Shown here piece by piece: positions 40,516 to 51,897 of a DNA stretch of 64,000 nt. The stretch spans positions 32,001-96,000 of the forward strand of contig CBDCDA010000002.1 of the NCBI GenBank assembly GCA_965215335.1, in the 5' to 3' direction. The notes below the pieces were generated by a model. It did no database searches, was not told where the DNA came from, and saw nothing but the letters and a program-made list of their open reading frames with translations. The position numbers and the translations under genes are program-made. The stretch is from an uncultured Candidatus Entotheonella sp. Its GTDB lineage: Bacteria; Tectomicrobia; Entotheonellia; Entotheonellales; Entotheonellaceae. Position 1 is the first letter of the stretch; each line of letters starts with the position of its first letter.

Positions 40516-40729
40516 GGATTCCCCATTCTCTCGGAAGAGAGCGACAAGGCCTGCAAGTATACCATCATCCCTTCCAACGGCCGCTGGGCGCGTCCCCGCC
40601 CAGTGGCAAGTCACAGATCGCAAAACACGTTATAATCTCGCCCTGAAGACGCTGCCTTGCCGGCGCATGAGCGCCCTTCAGGGCGCCTCGACCTCGATCT
40701 TGTCAAGCACTCGGAGAAGGAAACCAGCC

Positions 40730-40969
40730 ATGTTCTGGAACAAAATGCCCCGCACCTTTTGGAGCTACACGGCGGGGAAAGGAGACGCCGCCGCCGAAGA
40801 GCGCGAGGTCTCGCGCGACCGCGTGCTGCGCATGATGGAACGCAATCTTCCCGGCTTGGTGGCCCTGGGTTTTGTCATGCTTCTGACCCTGTTGATGCTT
40901 TTCATGATGCTCGCCGAATTCCGGGGTTTTTACCTGGACCAGATCGGGGAAATTCTGCGACCGGGATAA
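40730..40969 (+). CDS. Small hypothetical membrane protein, 79 aa
   Basis: GAAGGA RBS, MFWNKMPRTFWSY..., one TM helix (LVALGFVMLLTLLMLFMML). Confidence 0.6.
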   Translation: MFWNKMPRTFWSYTAGKGDAAAEEREVSRDRVLRMMERNLPGLVALGFVMLLTLLMLFMMLAEFRGFYLDQIGEILRPG

Positions 40970-41008
40970 ACACGATGGGGCACGACCTGGGTGTGGATCC
41001 GGTCTAAG

Positions 41009-41037
41009 TTGACAGTAATTGACTCATAAAATATACT
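41009..41037 (+). promoter_or_regulatory. Near-consensus sigma70 promoter of dnaK
   Basis: TTGACA-N17-TATACT. Confidence 0.8.
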
Positions 41038-41165
41038 TTTCTTTTTCGCATGATTGGCGATTCACCCTCGCTTTTTCAGACACGCCGAACGAACCGGCGT
41101 TGAATCCCACAGGACCGTTTGGGCGCCTATCCGTTCGATAAGCGCTTGCAGGAGGACAGGACGTC

Positions 41166-43070
<1,905 letters not shown>

Positions 43071-43094
43071 GGCAGGTCTGAACAAGTTGGAACC

Positions 43095-43121
43095 GCGGCC
43101 CCGGACTGCATCCGGGGCCGC
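43095..43121 (+). other. Perfect 11-bp hairpin between dnaK and grpE
   Basis: GCGGCCCCGGA-ctgca-TCCGGGGCCGC; no U-tract follows. Confidence 0.65.
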
Positions 43122-43193
43122 CCGTTCGCCGCCAATCAGCGGACTTGCTCAGACCCTCCGCAAACCCCGCGCGGTGTGCAGAAAGGTGAGTCG

Positions 43194-43823
43194 ATGGACA
43201 TCAACGAGCAAGAAACGGCGCCCGAATCGCAGGCCAAGGAAACGGCGGGCGCTGAAGAAATGGACGACCAGGGCAGAGTGGCGACAGCGGACACCCAGGA
43301 TGAAAACGAGGTTCCGCAAGCCGAGGCCGAGCCGAAACCCGAATCCTTGGCGGCCCAACTGGCCCAGATGCAGAAGGAGAGGGATGCTTACCTGGACGGG
43401 CTGCAGCGCTCGCGGGCTGAACTCGACAATTACCGACGGCGGGCCACACAGGAAAAGTTGCAGGCCGCCAGCCGCGGCAAGGCCGACCTCCTCGAAGCGC
43501 TGTTGCCCATCCTGGGCAACATGCGCCTGGCCTTGCAACACGCCGACCAGGACGCCAACGCCGTCAGGCAGGGCGTTCAGATGATCTGGCAGCAATTCGA
43601 AGGGTTCATGCGCGACCAGAGAGTCGAACCCATCGCCACCATTGGCGAGCCATTCGATCCGGCGCGTCACGAAGCGTTATCCACCGTTCCCGCCACCGAT
43701 GACCATCCTCCCGATACCATCGTCTCCGAGATCAAGGCCGGCTACCTGTTCGAAGGCCGGTTGCTCAGCCCCGCTCAAGTCATCGTGGCACGCGCAGCGG
43801 AAACGGATGCCGCGGCGGAGTAA
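43194..43823 (+). CDS. grpE: Nucleotide exchange factor GrpE
   Basis: RSRAELDNYRRR, LLPILGN, GEPFDPARHEA, GYLFEGRLLSPAQVIV. Confidence 0.95.
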   Translation: MDINEQETAPESQAKETAGAEEMDDQGRVATADTQDENEVPQAEAEPKPESLAAQLAQMQKERDAYLDGLQRSRAELDNYRRRATQEKLQAASRGKADLLEALLPILGNMRLALQHADQDANAVRQGVQMIWQQFEGFMRDQRVEPIATIGEPFDPARHEALSTVPATDDHPPDTIVSEIKAGYLFEGRLLSPAQVIVARAAETDAAAE

Positions 43824-43991
43824 CGGCAGGATGTCCGATAGCGGACAGGAAAGACGATTCGGGTATCACCCATTGTGCTGACTTTCGTTTCCTGGAAATC
43901 AGGCCGGGCTTGCTGATCTCGAATCGACAGCAGAGCCCAGGACCGCTCCTTGCAACAGACGCGCAATCATCCCTTCATCCTTATATCAGGC

Positions 43992-45350
43992 TTATGTCAG
44001 GATGTCAGGCATCTCGCCGGGGACATCAGAGAACGCCCGTTCGGCTTCGCGGGCCAGGCGTTGACCCTCGGGGACGTTGACGAACGCAAGCAAGCCACCA
44101 CCGGCGACAAAAAAGGTGATCACGGCGAGAATGGCGTTGCGGCTGGAACCGGTGAGGGCAATCGTGCCGGCGAAGATGGCGGGACCGAGGATGCCGGCAA
44201 ACTTCTCGAAGACGGCAAAGAAGGCGAAGAACTCGGTCGAGCGATGGCGCGGAATCATGCTGGCGAACAGGGAGCGGGAAAGCGCCTGGCAGCCGCCCTG
44301 CACCATGCCGATCAGCACGGCCAGGATCAGGAAGTGGGCCGCTGTCTTCATGTAATACCCCAGCACGCTGACCCCGGCATACACCGTCAGGGCGAGGAAG
44401 ATGCTGCGCTTGGCGCCGATGCGCGACGCCAGCCCGCCAAACAGGAAGGCGAACGGAATACCGACGAACTGCACGATCAGAAAGGCGCCCATGAGCGCCT
44501 CCTGCCCGATGCCGATCTCGGTGCCGTAAACCGTCGCCATGCGAATGATGGTGCCGATGCCGTCGTTGTAGGTCAGGAAAGCGACCAACAGCAGAAACGC
44601 CTGCGGGTAGGCGCGCAGTTCGCGCAGCGTCATCCGCAAGCGACCCAAGGCGCCACGCAGGGGTGAAAAGTCACCGCTTTCGCCAGCGGCCAAGGCGCGC
44701 GGCGGCTCCGGGACACGCCGAAACAGCGGCACCGAGAACAGCAGCCACCACACCGCCACACTCAGAAACGCCCAGCGGCTGCCCGCCGCGGCGTCTGGCA
44801 TGCCGAAGGCCGTGGGAAACCGGATCCACGCCAGATTGACCGCCAGCAGAACCCCGCCCCCCAGATAGCCCAGCGCGTACCCCGCCGAGGACACCCGATC
44901 CATCTCGTCCGCCCGCGCCACGTGCGGCAGCAGCGCGTCATAGAAAACGAACGACCCGGAAGCGCCGACGTTGGCGAGGATGAACAAGCCGGCGCCGAGC
45001 ATCCACTCGCCGCGGTGGACGCAGAACATCCCGCCGCTGGCCCCTGCGCCCAGGATCAGAAACGCCGCCAGCAGCTTTTTCTTCATGGCGGCGAAATCGG
45101 CCAGGGCGCCCAGAAACGGCGCCAGCACCGCCACGCTGGCCAGGGCGATGGTCGTCGCCGTGGCAAAGCGCGCCGTGGCCACGGGCGGCGGCATTTCCGC
45201 AGCCGCCACGGCGCTGAAGTAAATCGGAAATACCGCGCCGACCACCGTGGTCACGAACGCCGAGTTTGCCAGGTCATACATCGCCCAGGCACGCAGTTCG
45301 GGACGGTCAAGGCCAAGGCGGTGCAAGAACGCGTGACGATTCGCCTGCAT
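43992..45350 (-). CDS. MFS transporter (UMF1/Atg22-like)
   Basis: WAMYDLANSAF, LGALAD, FYDALLP, SSAGYALGYLGG, QALSRSLF. Confidence 0.9.
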   Translation of the reverse strand: MQANRHAFLHRLGLDRPELRAWAMYDLANSAFVTTVVGAVFPIYFSAVAAAEMPPPVATARFATATTIALASVAVLAPFLGALADFAAMKKKLLAAFLILGAGASGGMFCVHRGEWMLGAGLFILANVGASGSFVFYDALLPHVARADEMDRVSSAGYALGYLGGGVLLAVNLAWIRFPTAFGMPDAAAGSRWAFLSVAVWWLLFSVPLFRRVPEPPRALAAGESGDFSPLRGALGRLRMTLRELRAYPQAFLLLVAFLTYNDGIGTIIRMATVYGTEIGIGQEALMGAFLIVQFVGIPFAFLFGGLASRIGAKRSIFLALTVYAGVSVLGYYMKTAAHFLILAVLIGMVQGGCQALSRSLFASMIPRHRSTEFFAFFAVFEKFAGILGPAIFAGTIALTGSSRNAILAVITFFVAGGGLLAFVNVPEGQRLAREAERAFSDVPGEMPDILT

Positions 45351-45556
45351 CGCGCCGTTTTCTCTCTGCAAGAAGATGTCCAATAAACCCTTTTTCTCTC
45401 TTTGGAAGATTCGGAGCGGACGGACATGCTCAAGACATGCTCAACTCAAAAGGACTTGAACTTTACGCCAAATCGGAAAGAGACTTTGAAAGGGTGCCGA
45501 CACGGTGTTAACCTCGTCTGAGCAAAAAGGCGACTGGGCGTTCTCAGGAGGTCGCA

Positions 45557-46066
45557 ATGCCGCTTTCAACCCGTCGCTATTCGGATGGTGAAGTGCCTGA
45601 TTCCCGCTTTTCTGGCCTTTTACGTGTCTCCTTGCCCTTGTTTGGAATCCCCTGCCGCTTCTGGACCGCCTCCAGACACAAGAAACGGGGTGTTGACAAA
45701 GCCTGGCTGGTTTATGACGGCGAATGTCCGTTCTGCAAAAACTACGCGCACTATCTGGACGTGAGAAATGCCATCGGCGAATTCGTTCTCGTCAATGCCC
45801 GCGACGGCGGCCCGCTGGTCGAGGAGATAAGAAACCTCCCCTACGACCTGAACGACGGCATGGTACTGAAGATGCGTGGACACTACTATCTTGGCAGCGA
45901 CGCCCTGCACGCATTAGCGCTGTTGTCCGGCAAGCGCGGCGTTTTCAGCCTGGCGAACCGGATTCTGTTCAGCTTACCCGGCGCCGCGTGGGTCGGGTAT
46001 CCGCTGCTGAAACTCGGCCGGCGACTGGCACTGAAGTTGAAGGGCATTTCGCCAATCGCAACGTAG
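45557..46066 (+). CDS. DCC1-like (DUF393) thiol-disulfide oxidoreductase family protein
   Basis: VYDGECPFC, DLNDGMVL, YPLLKLGRRLAL; AGGAGG before ATG 45557, start not certain. Confidence 0.8.
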   Translation: MPLSTRRYSDGEVPDSRFSGLLRVSLPLFGIPCRFWTASRHKKRGVDKAWLVYDGECPFCKNYAHYLDVRNAIGEFVLVNARDGGPLVEEIRNLPYDLNDGMVLKMRGHYYLGSDALHALALLSGKRGVFSLANRILFSLPGAAWVGYPLLKLGRRLALKLKGISPIAT

Positions 46067-46141
46067 GCGTTCCTGAGCTTGCCCCGCGCGCCTGGCGGCT
46101 CAGGCGAGGCAGCACCCTCCCGGACGCCGCACAGACCGTCA

Positions 46142-46270
46142 TCAAACCCGCGGACCGTCCTTCTTTGCCACAGGTTGAACGCGGCTCTGGGCGTTGAGGA
46201 CTTCCGGACGGCTCACGGTCAGGGTCAGCACCGCGCCGTCCTATGCGAGTGTGAGGGTCTCGTAGGCCAT
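46142..46270 (-). pseudogene. 5' remnant of an enoyl-CoA hydratase/crotonase gene
   Basis: AAAGGA RBS, then MAYETLTLA*DGAVLTLTVSRPEVLNAQSR; in-frame TAG at 46241-46243 and similarity lost after about 30 codons. Confidence 0.7.
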
Positions 46271-46426
46271 GCTGTTCCTTTCTTCACGCTGTGTCGATTC
46301 ACGCCACGCCCGGCCGCCCCACACGGCTGCGGACGGGCTATTGTAGTCGGCCCGCCCGGGCGAGACAAACCACCGCGAGCAGCGTCCTGAATCCCTTTCG
46401 CAGCCTGTCGCACCCCGCCGCGTCGC

Positions 46427-46455
46427 TTGATCTTGCCACCGACTGCGGCTACACT
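46427..46455 (+). promoter_or_regulatory. Putative sigma70 promoter of the citrate synthase-like operon
   Basis: TTGATC-N17-TACACT, about 135 nt upstream of the start codon. Confidence 0.5.
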
Positions 46456-46590
46456 GCGCACCTTGCCGGACGGTTTCAGCACATCAAGATGGCGCCGTAA
46501 CCAGGCGCAGTTCCAAGCCTGCTGACCAAAGGCGCCCGACTGCCAGAACTCGAATCCTGCCAGCCATAAGCGGCGCACGCGAGGGTGATC

Positions 46591-47736
46591 ATGACTGAGG
46601 CGAGCCAAAGCCCCGGACTCGATCCGGGGGAACAGGTCATTTCGGGACTCGAGGGGATTCTGGCCTGCGAGTCGAGCATCGCGTTCATCGACGGGTCGAT
46701 TCCCGAGCTGTCATTTCGTGGTTACGACATCACGGACATTGCGCAGACCTTGACGTTCGAGCAAGTGGCCTACCTGCTCTGGAACGACAGGCTGCCGAGC
46801 GGCGACGAACTCGCGGCGTTCGGCGACGAACTCGCCGGTCAGCGGGCAATCCCCGAAGCGCTGGTCGGTGTGCTGCGCGGCTTGCCGGCGTCGGCCCACC
46901 CGATGGCTGCGCTACGCACCGCGGTGTCGTGGCTGGGCGCAATGGACGCGCGGGCCGAGGACATCGGCGCCGCGGACAACCAGCGCAAGGCCATGGCCCT
47001 GACGGCGCAAATGCCCACCGTCGTGGCGGCGCAGGCACGCCTGCAACAGGGCCGGGAGCCGGTCGCACCGCGTTCCGACCTCAGCCACGCCGCCAACTAC
47101 TGCTATATGCTCACCGGCGAGACCCCGAACGACACCACGACGCGCACCTTCGACACCATGCTCATCCTGTACGCCGAGCACGAAACCAACGCCTCGACGT
47201 TCGCCTGCCGTGTGGTCGTGGGGACCGAGGCCGATTTGTATTCCGCGGTGGTAGCCGGTCTCGGCGCCATCAAAGGCCCGCTACACGGCGGCGCCATCGA
47301 CGACGTGATGCGCATGCTGATCGACATCGGCTCGCCCGACCGCGCCGCGGCGTTTGTCGACGAGGCGCTGTCAGCACGGCGCAAGTTGCCCGGCTTCGGC
47401 CACCGGGTGTACCGCGCCGGCGACCCGCGCGCCGCCCAGCTTCGCGGCATGGCGGAGAAGCTCGGCCAGGCCAGCGGCGACGACAAATGGTTTGTCATCG
47501 CCACCGCCGCGGAGCAGAGAATGCGCGACACCAAGGGCATCATCGCCAACGTGGATTATTTCGCGGCGCCGGTGCTGTACCACCTGGGCTTTCCGCTGAG
47601 CCTATTCACCAACGTGATCGCCAGCACCCGCATCGTCGGCTGGTCGGCGCACATCCTGGAGCAGTACGCCAACAACCGCCTGATCCGGCCGCGGGCGCTG
47701 TACGTCGGCCACCGCAACCGCAAGCTCGGGGCGTAG
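46591..47736 (+). CDS. Citrate synthase family protein (2-methylcitrate synthase-like)
   Basis: GLEGI, HPM, EHETNASTF, GPLHGGA, GFGHRVY, DPRA, NVDY, NRLIRPRALY; adjacent to prpF. Confidence 0.88.
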   Translation: MTEASQSPGLDPGEQVISGLEGILACESSIAFIDGSIPELSFRGYDITDIAQTLTFEQVAYLLWNDRLPSGDELAAFGDELAGQRAIPEALVGVLRGLPASAHPMAALRTAVSWLGAMDARAEDIGAADNQRKAMALTAQMPTVVAAQARLQQGREPVAPRSDLSHAANYCYMLTGETPNDTTTRTFDTMLILYAEHETNASTFACRVVVGTEADLYSAVVAGLGAIKGPLHGGAIDDVMRMLIDIGSPDRAAAFVDEALSARRKLPGFGHRVYRAGDPRAAQLRGMAEKLGQASGDDKWFVIATAAEQRMRDTKGIIANVDYFAAPVLYHLGFPLSLFTNVIASTRIVGWSAHILEQYANNRLIRPRALYVGHRNRKLGA

Positions 47737-47751
47737 CGCGAGGGTCGCAGC

Positions 47752-48948
47752 ATGCAACACAAAATCCCGGCGGTATTCATGCGCGGCGGCACCAGCCGAG
47801 CCGTGTTCTTCACCCAAGCGGCGATGCAGCCGTACGACGACGCCACCCGCGACGCCATCATCCTGACGGCCCTCGGCAGCCCCGATCCGTACGGGCGGCA
47901 GATCGACGGTCTCGGCGGCGGCATTTCGTCGCTCAGCAAGGCTGCCATCATCGGGCCGTGCGCCAGCCCGGAGGCCGACGTGACCTTCACGTTCGCGCAG
48001 GTGGACGTGCACAAGCCGTTCGTCGATTGGCGCGGCACCTGCGGCAACATGTCGGCGGCGGTCGGACCTTTTGCCATCGACGAGGGCCTGGTGCAGCCGG
48101 TCGAGCCGGTGACCCGGGTGTGGGTGCTGGCGACCAACACGGGCAAGCGCTACATCGCCCACGTGCCGGTGCAGGACGGCCGCGTGGCGGTCGAAGGCGA
48201 CGCCGCCATCGACGGCGTGCCGGGCACGGGCGCGGGCATCGTCCTGGAGTACTTAGAGCCGGGCGGTACGCTCGGCGGCGATCTGCTGCCTACCGGACAG
48301 CCCCGGCAGCAGATCACCCTGTCGGATGGGAGACAAGTCAGCGTTTCGGTGGTGGACGCTGCCCTGCCCATGGTGTACGTGCGCGCCGCGGAACTGGGCG
48401 CCGATGCGACCCTGCTGGCGCCTCAATTGGACGCCGATACCGGCTTGCAAGCGCGCCTGGAAGAAATCCGCTGCCACGCCGCCGTCCTGTTCGGGCTGGC
48501 GGATGACGTGCAGCAGGCCACCGACAGGGTCAAGGCCGTGCCCAAAGTCGCTCTCGTGGCACCACCCGCGGATTACGCCAGCAGCGCCGGCAAGGCCATT
48601 GCCGCGGCGAGTGTAGACGTGGTGGCGCGGGCCATTTCCATGCGCAACACCCACCGCACGTTTCCCGGAACCGCCTCCATGTGCACTGCGGTTGCCGCGG
48701 CTGTGGAGGGTACCGTGGTACATGAGGTCGCGCGTCCCGAGCGCGGCGCGTGGCTGCGCCTCGGGCATCCCGCCGGGATCATGGAAATCGCCACCCAGGT
48801 GCATCAGAAGGACGGCGCCTGGCAGGTCGAAAGTGTCACCACGCACCGCACCGCCCGCCGCATCATGGAGGGCGCCATCCTCGTGCCGTCAAGCACCATG
48901 GCCGGCAAGCCCTGGTTCAGGGCTTGCCGGCCGGCGGAGCCCGCATGA
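47752..48948 (+). CDS. prpF: PrpF-family aconitate isomerase
   Basis: MRGGTSR, GSPDPYGRQIDGLGGGISSLSK, CGNMSAAVGPF, GHPAG, RTARRIMEG. Confidence 0.92.
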   Translation: MQHKIPAVFMRGGTSRAVFFTQAAMQPYDDATRDAIILTALGSPDPYGRQIDGLGGGISSLSKAAIIGPCASPEADVTFTFAQVDVHKPFVDWRGTCGNMSAAVGPFAIDEGLVQPVEPVTRVWVLATNTGKRYIAHVPVQDGRVAVEGDAAIDGVPGTGAGIVLEYLEPGGTLGGDLLPTGQPRQQITLSDGRQVSVSVVDAALPMVYVRAAELGADATLLAPQLDADTGLQARLEEIRCHAAVLFGLADDVQQATDRVKAVPKVALVAPPADYASSAGKAIAAASVDVVARAISMRNTHRTFPGTASMCTAVAAAVEGTVVHEVARPERGAWLRLGHPAGIMEIATQVHQKDGAWQVESVTTHRTARRIMEGAILVPSSTMAGKPWFRACRPAEPA

Positions 48949-50870
48949 ATCTCACCCGCCAATTGATCCAGGCCCATCTCGTCAGGGGCGAGATGACGCC
49001 GGGTTCGGAAATCTCCCTGCGCATCGATCAGACCCTGTCCCAGGACGCCACCGGCACGCTGTCATATTTGCAGTTCGAAGCCATCGGCGTGCCGCGCGTG
49101 CAGACGCAGTTGTCGGTGAGCTACGTCGACCACAACATGCTGCAGGGCGACTTCCGCAACGCCGACGATCACGTCTACCTGCAGGATGTGGCCGCCAAGT
49201 ACGGCCTGTACTACTCGCGGCCCGGCAACGGCATCTGCCACCAGGTGCACCTCGAACGCTACGCGGCGCCGGGCACCACGCTGCTGGGTACGGACAGCCA
49301 CACCCCGACGTGCGGCGGCATGGGCGTGCTGGCCATCGGCGCCGGCGGGCTGGACGTCGCTCTTGCCATGGCAGGAAGCCCTTACAACATGCGCATGCCG
49401 AAAGTGCTGGGGGTGGAATTGCGCGGCCGCCTGCAGCCGGGGGTGACGGCCAAGGACGTGATTTTCGAGGTATTGCGGCGGCTGACCGTCAAGGGCGGCG
49501 TGGGCCGGGTACTCGAGTATGGCGGTCCCGGCGTGGCGCACCTCGACGTGCCGGAGCGCGCCACCATCACCAACATGGGGGCCGAGCTTGGCGCCACCAC
49601 GTCGATCTTCCCGAGCGATGAGCGCACCGCGGCGTATCTCGAGCGGCAACAGCGGCTGGATGCCTTTACCCCGCTGGCCGCGGCGGACGGGGCTACGTAC
49701 GACGAACACCTGCGCATCGACCTCGACACCCTGGAGCCGCTGATCGCGCAGCCGTCCAGCCCTGACAACATCTGTCCGATCCGCGACGTGCTCGGTATCC
49801 CGGTCAATCAGGTGGCGGTCGGCAGCTGCACCAATTCGTCCTACAGTGACCTGATGACCATCGCCGCCATTCTCAAGGGCCGCACGGTGCACCAGCGGGT
49901 GAATCTGGTGATCAGCCCGGGGTCGCGTCAGGTGCTGCAGATGATCGCCCGCAACGGCGCCCTGGCGGATCTCATCGCCGCGGGCGCGCGCATTCTGGAA
50001 TCCGCCTGCGGGCCGTGCGCCGGCATGGGGCAGGTGCCGTCGTTCGACGCCGTGTCGGTACGCTCGTTCAACCGCAATTTTCCCGGGCGCTCGGGCGACC
50101 CCAACAACCGCGTGTATCTGGCCAGCCCGGCGGCCTGCGCGGCCGCGGCTCTGGCCGGTGAAGTCGCCGACCCGCGCCTGGTCGCGGTCGAACCCGTCGG
50201 GCTGCCCGACGCCTACATGATCGACGACACCGGCGTGCTGCCGCCGGCCGCAGCCCCGGAGCAAATCGACATCCGTCGCGGGCCCAACATCAAGCCGCTG
50301 CCCAGCCGCGGCGACCTGGAGGAAACACTGGCGGGCGAGGTGCTTCTGAAGCTGGACGACAACATTTCCACCGACCACATCCTGCCCGCCGGCCCCACGG
50401 TGCTGCCGCTGCGCTCGAACGTTCCCGCCATTGCCGAATACCTGTTTCGCTACGTCGATCCGACGTTCGTCGAGCGTGTCAAGGCGGCGGGCGGCGGGTT
50501 CGTCATCGGCGGCCACAATTACGGCCAGGGCAGCTCGCGCGAGCACGCCGCCCTGTGCCCCATGTATTTCGGCGTCAAGGCCATCATCGCCAAGTCGTTC
50601 GCCCGTATTCATCGCGCCAACCTGATGAACTACGCCGTGCTGCCCCTGACGCTCGTGGACGAAGACGACCATGGCCGCCTCGATCCCGAGGATCGTCTGG
50701 AAATCCCCGACGTGCGGCAGCGCCTGCTGGACGGCGCCGAGCACATTCCGGTGCACAACCGCACCCAACGGCACATCATTGATACCTGCCTGCCCCTTAC
50801 CGACCGCGAACGACAGGTCGTGCTGGCCGGGGGCCTGCTGCGATTCGCTGGAAAGGAGTTCACCACATGA
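48945..50870 (+). CDS. Aconitate hydratase (short aconitase family)
   Basis: QDATGT, GICHQVH, DSHT, GSCTNSS, ACGPCAG, FNRNFPGR, STDHI, GSSREHAA; ATGA overlap with prpF. Confidence 0.93.
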   Translation: MNLTRQLIQAHLVRGEMTPGSEISLRIDQTLSQDATGTLSYLQFEAIGVPRVQTQLSVSYVDHNMLQGDFRNADDHVYLQDVAAKYGLYYSRPGNGICHQVHLERYAAPGTTLLGTDSHTPTCGGMGVLAIGAGGLDVALAMAGSPYNMRMPKVLGVELRGRLQPGVTAKDVIFEVLRRLTVKGGVGRVLEYGGPGVAHLDVPERATITNMGAELGATTSIFPSDERTAAYLERQQRLDAFTPLAAADGATYDEHLRIDLDTLEPLIAQPSSPDNICPIRDVLGIPVNQVAVGSCTNSSYSDLMTIAAILKGRTVHQRVNLVISPGSRQVLQMIARNGALADLIAAGARILESACGPCAGMGQVPSFDAVSVRSFNRNFPGRSGDPNNRVYLASPAACAAAALAGEVADPRLVAVEPVGLPDAYMIDDTGVLPPAAAPEQIDIRRGPNIKPLPSRGDLEETLAGEVLLKLDDNISTDHILPAGPTVLPLRSNVPAIAEYLFRYVDPTFVERVKAAGGGFVIGGHNYGQGSSREHAALCPMYFGVKAIIAKSFARIHRANLMNYAVLPLTLVDEDDHGRLDPEDRLEIPDVRQRLLDGAEHIPVHNRTQRHIIDTCLPLTDRERQVVLAGGLLRFAGKEFTT

Positions 50871-51886
50871 GCGATCTGCCTATTCTTCCCACCACCGTCG
50901 TCGGCTCGCATGGCAAGCCCGGCTGGTGGCACGCTTGCAAAGACCTGCACGACGAGGGTGCCTGGGGGCCGTACGATCTGGCGGAGCTGCTCGACGACGC
51001 CACGGATGTTGCCATTCTGGACCAGGAGCGCGCCGGGGTGGACATCATCAGCGACGGCGAATCGCGTCGCCTGGACGGCTACGTGGACGGCTACTACCGC
51101 ATCATCGACGGCATCCGCGCCCTGCCCACGGCGCGCCACGCCGGACCCTGGGGGTACGACCAGCAGACGCGCTACGAGGCCATCGGCAAGATCAACGCGC
51201 CTACCGGGATGGGCATCGTGCAGGAGTTCGAATACCTGAACGCCCACACGCAGCGACCCACCAAGGTGACCTGCGCCGGGCCGCTGACCTTCGGCTCGCG
51301 CATCCGGCCCAATAACTTCTACAGCGATACGGTGGCGGTGGCCGAGGAGTTCGCGCACGTCATCAACACCGAGCTCAAGGCGCTGGTTGACGCCGGGGCA
51401 CGCCTCATTCAGATCGACGAGCCGGCGCGCGGCAACGTTACCGGCGCGGAAATGGCCCGCCTGTTCAACCTCGCCACGGAAGGCGTGGAGGCCAAGCTGG
51501 CGTTTCACATCTGTTTTGGCAACCGCTTCGGCAGGGCGCGATTCCAGCGCCGCTACGGCAACTACTTTCCCGGCGCCCTGGAAGCGCGCGCCGATCAATT
51601 CGTGCTGGAGTACGCCAGCCGCGAGATGGCCGAGATCGAGATGTGGCGGGAGTGGAACGACGGCCGGGAACTGGGCGCCGGCATTATCGACGTGAAGTCG
51701 TTTCACCCGGAAACGCCGGAGAATGTGGCGGCGCGGCTGCGTCAGGTTCTCAAGTACGCCGACGCCGACAAGGTGTACGTCAATCCCGACTGTGGATTTG
51801 GCTGGAGTCCGCGCGGCATGGCGGTGGGCAAGCTGCGCGCCATGGTCGCCGGGGCCCGCATCGTCCGTGAGGAACTCACTGGCTAA
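50867..51886 (+). CDS. Cobalamin-independent methionine synthase catalytic-domain (MetE C-terminal/Mes-like) Zn enzyme
   Basis: PTTVVGS, QERAGVDIISDGE, GPLT, IQIDEP, HICFGN, VNPDCG (Zn ligands H, C, E, C); single barrel, no folate-binding half; ATGA overlap with the aconitase. Confidence 0.88.
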   Translation: MSDLPILPTTVVGSHGKPGWWHACKDLHDEGAWGPYDLAELLDDATDVAILDQERAGVDIISDGESRRLDGYVDGYYRIIDGIRALPTARHAGPWGYDQQTRYEAIGKINAPTGMGIVQEFEYLNAHTQRPTKVTCAGPLTFGSRIRPNNFYSDTVAVAEEFAHVINTELKALVDAGARLIQIDEPARGNVTGAEMARLFNLATEGVEAKLAFHICFGNRFGRARFQRRYGNYFPGALEARADQFVLEYASREMAEIEMWREWNDGRELGAGIIDVKSFHPETPENVAARLRQVLKYADADKVYVNPDCGFGWSPRGMAVGKLRAMVAGARIVREELTG

Positions 51887-51897
51887 GGAGGTGGCCC

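Noticed and set aside
40704..40730. CIRCE element near dnaK (AGCACTC half-site)
   Set aside because: No GAGTGC second half at N9 spacing, and it is not at the dnaK promoter.
46241..46243. Pyrrolysine or readthrough at the in-frame TAG
   Set aside because: The frame ends 33 codons later and loses similarity, and no pyl genes are seen; decay is simpler.
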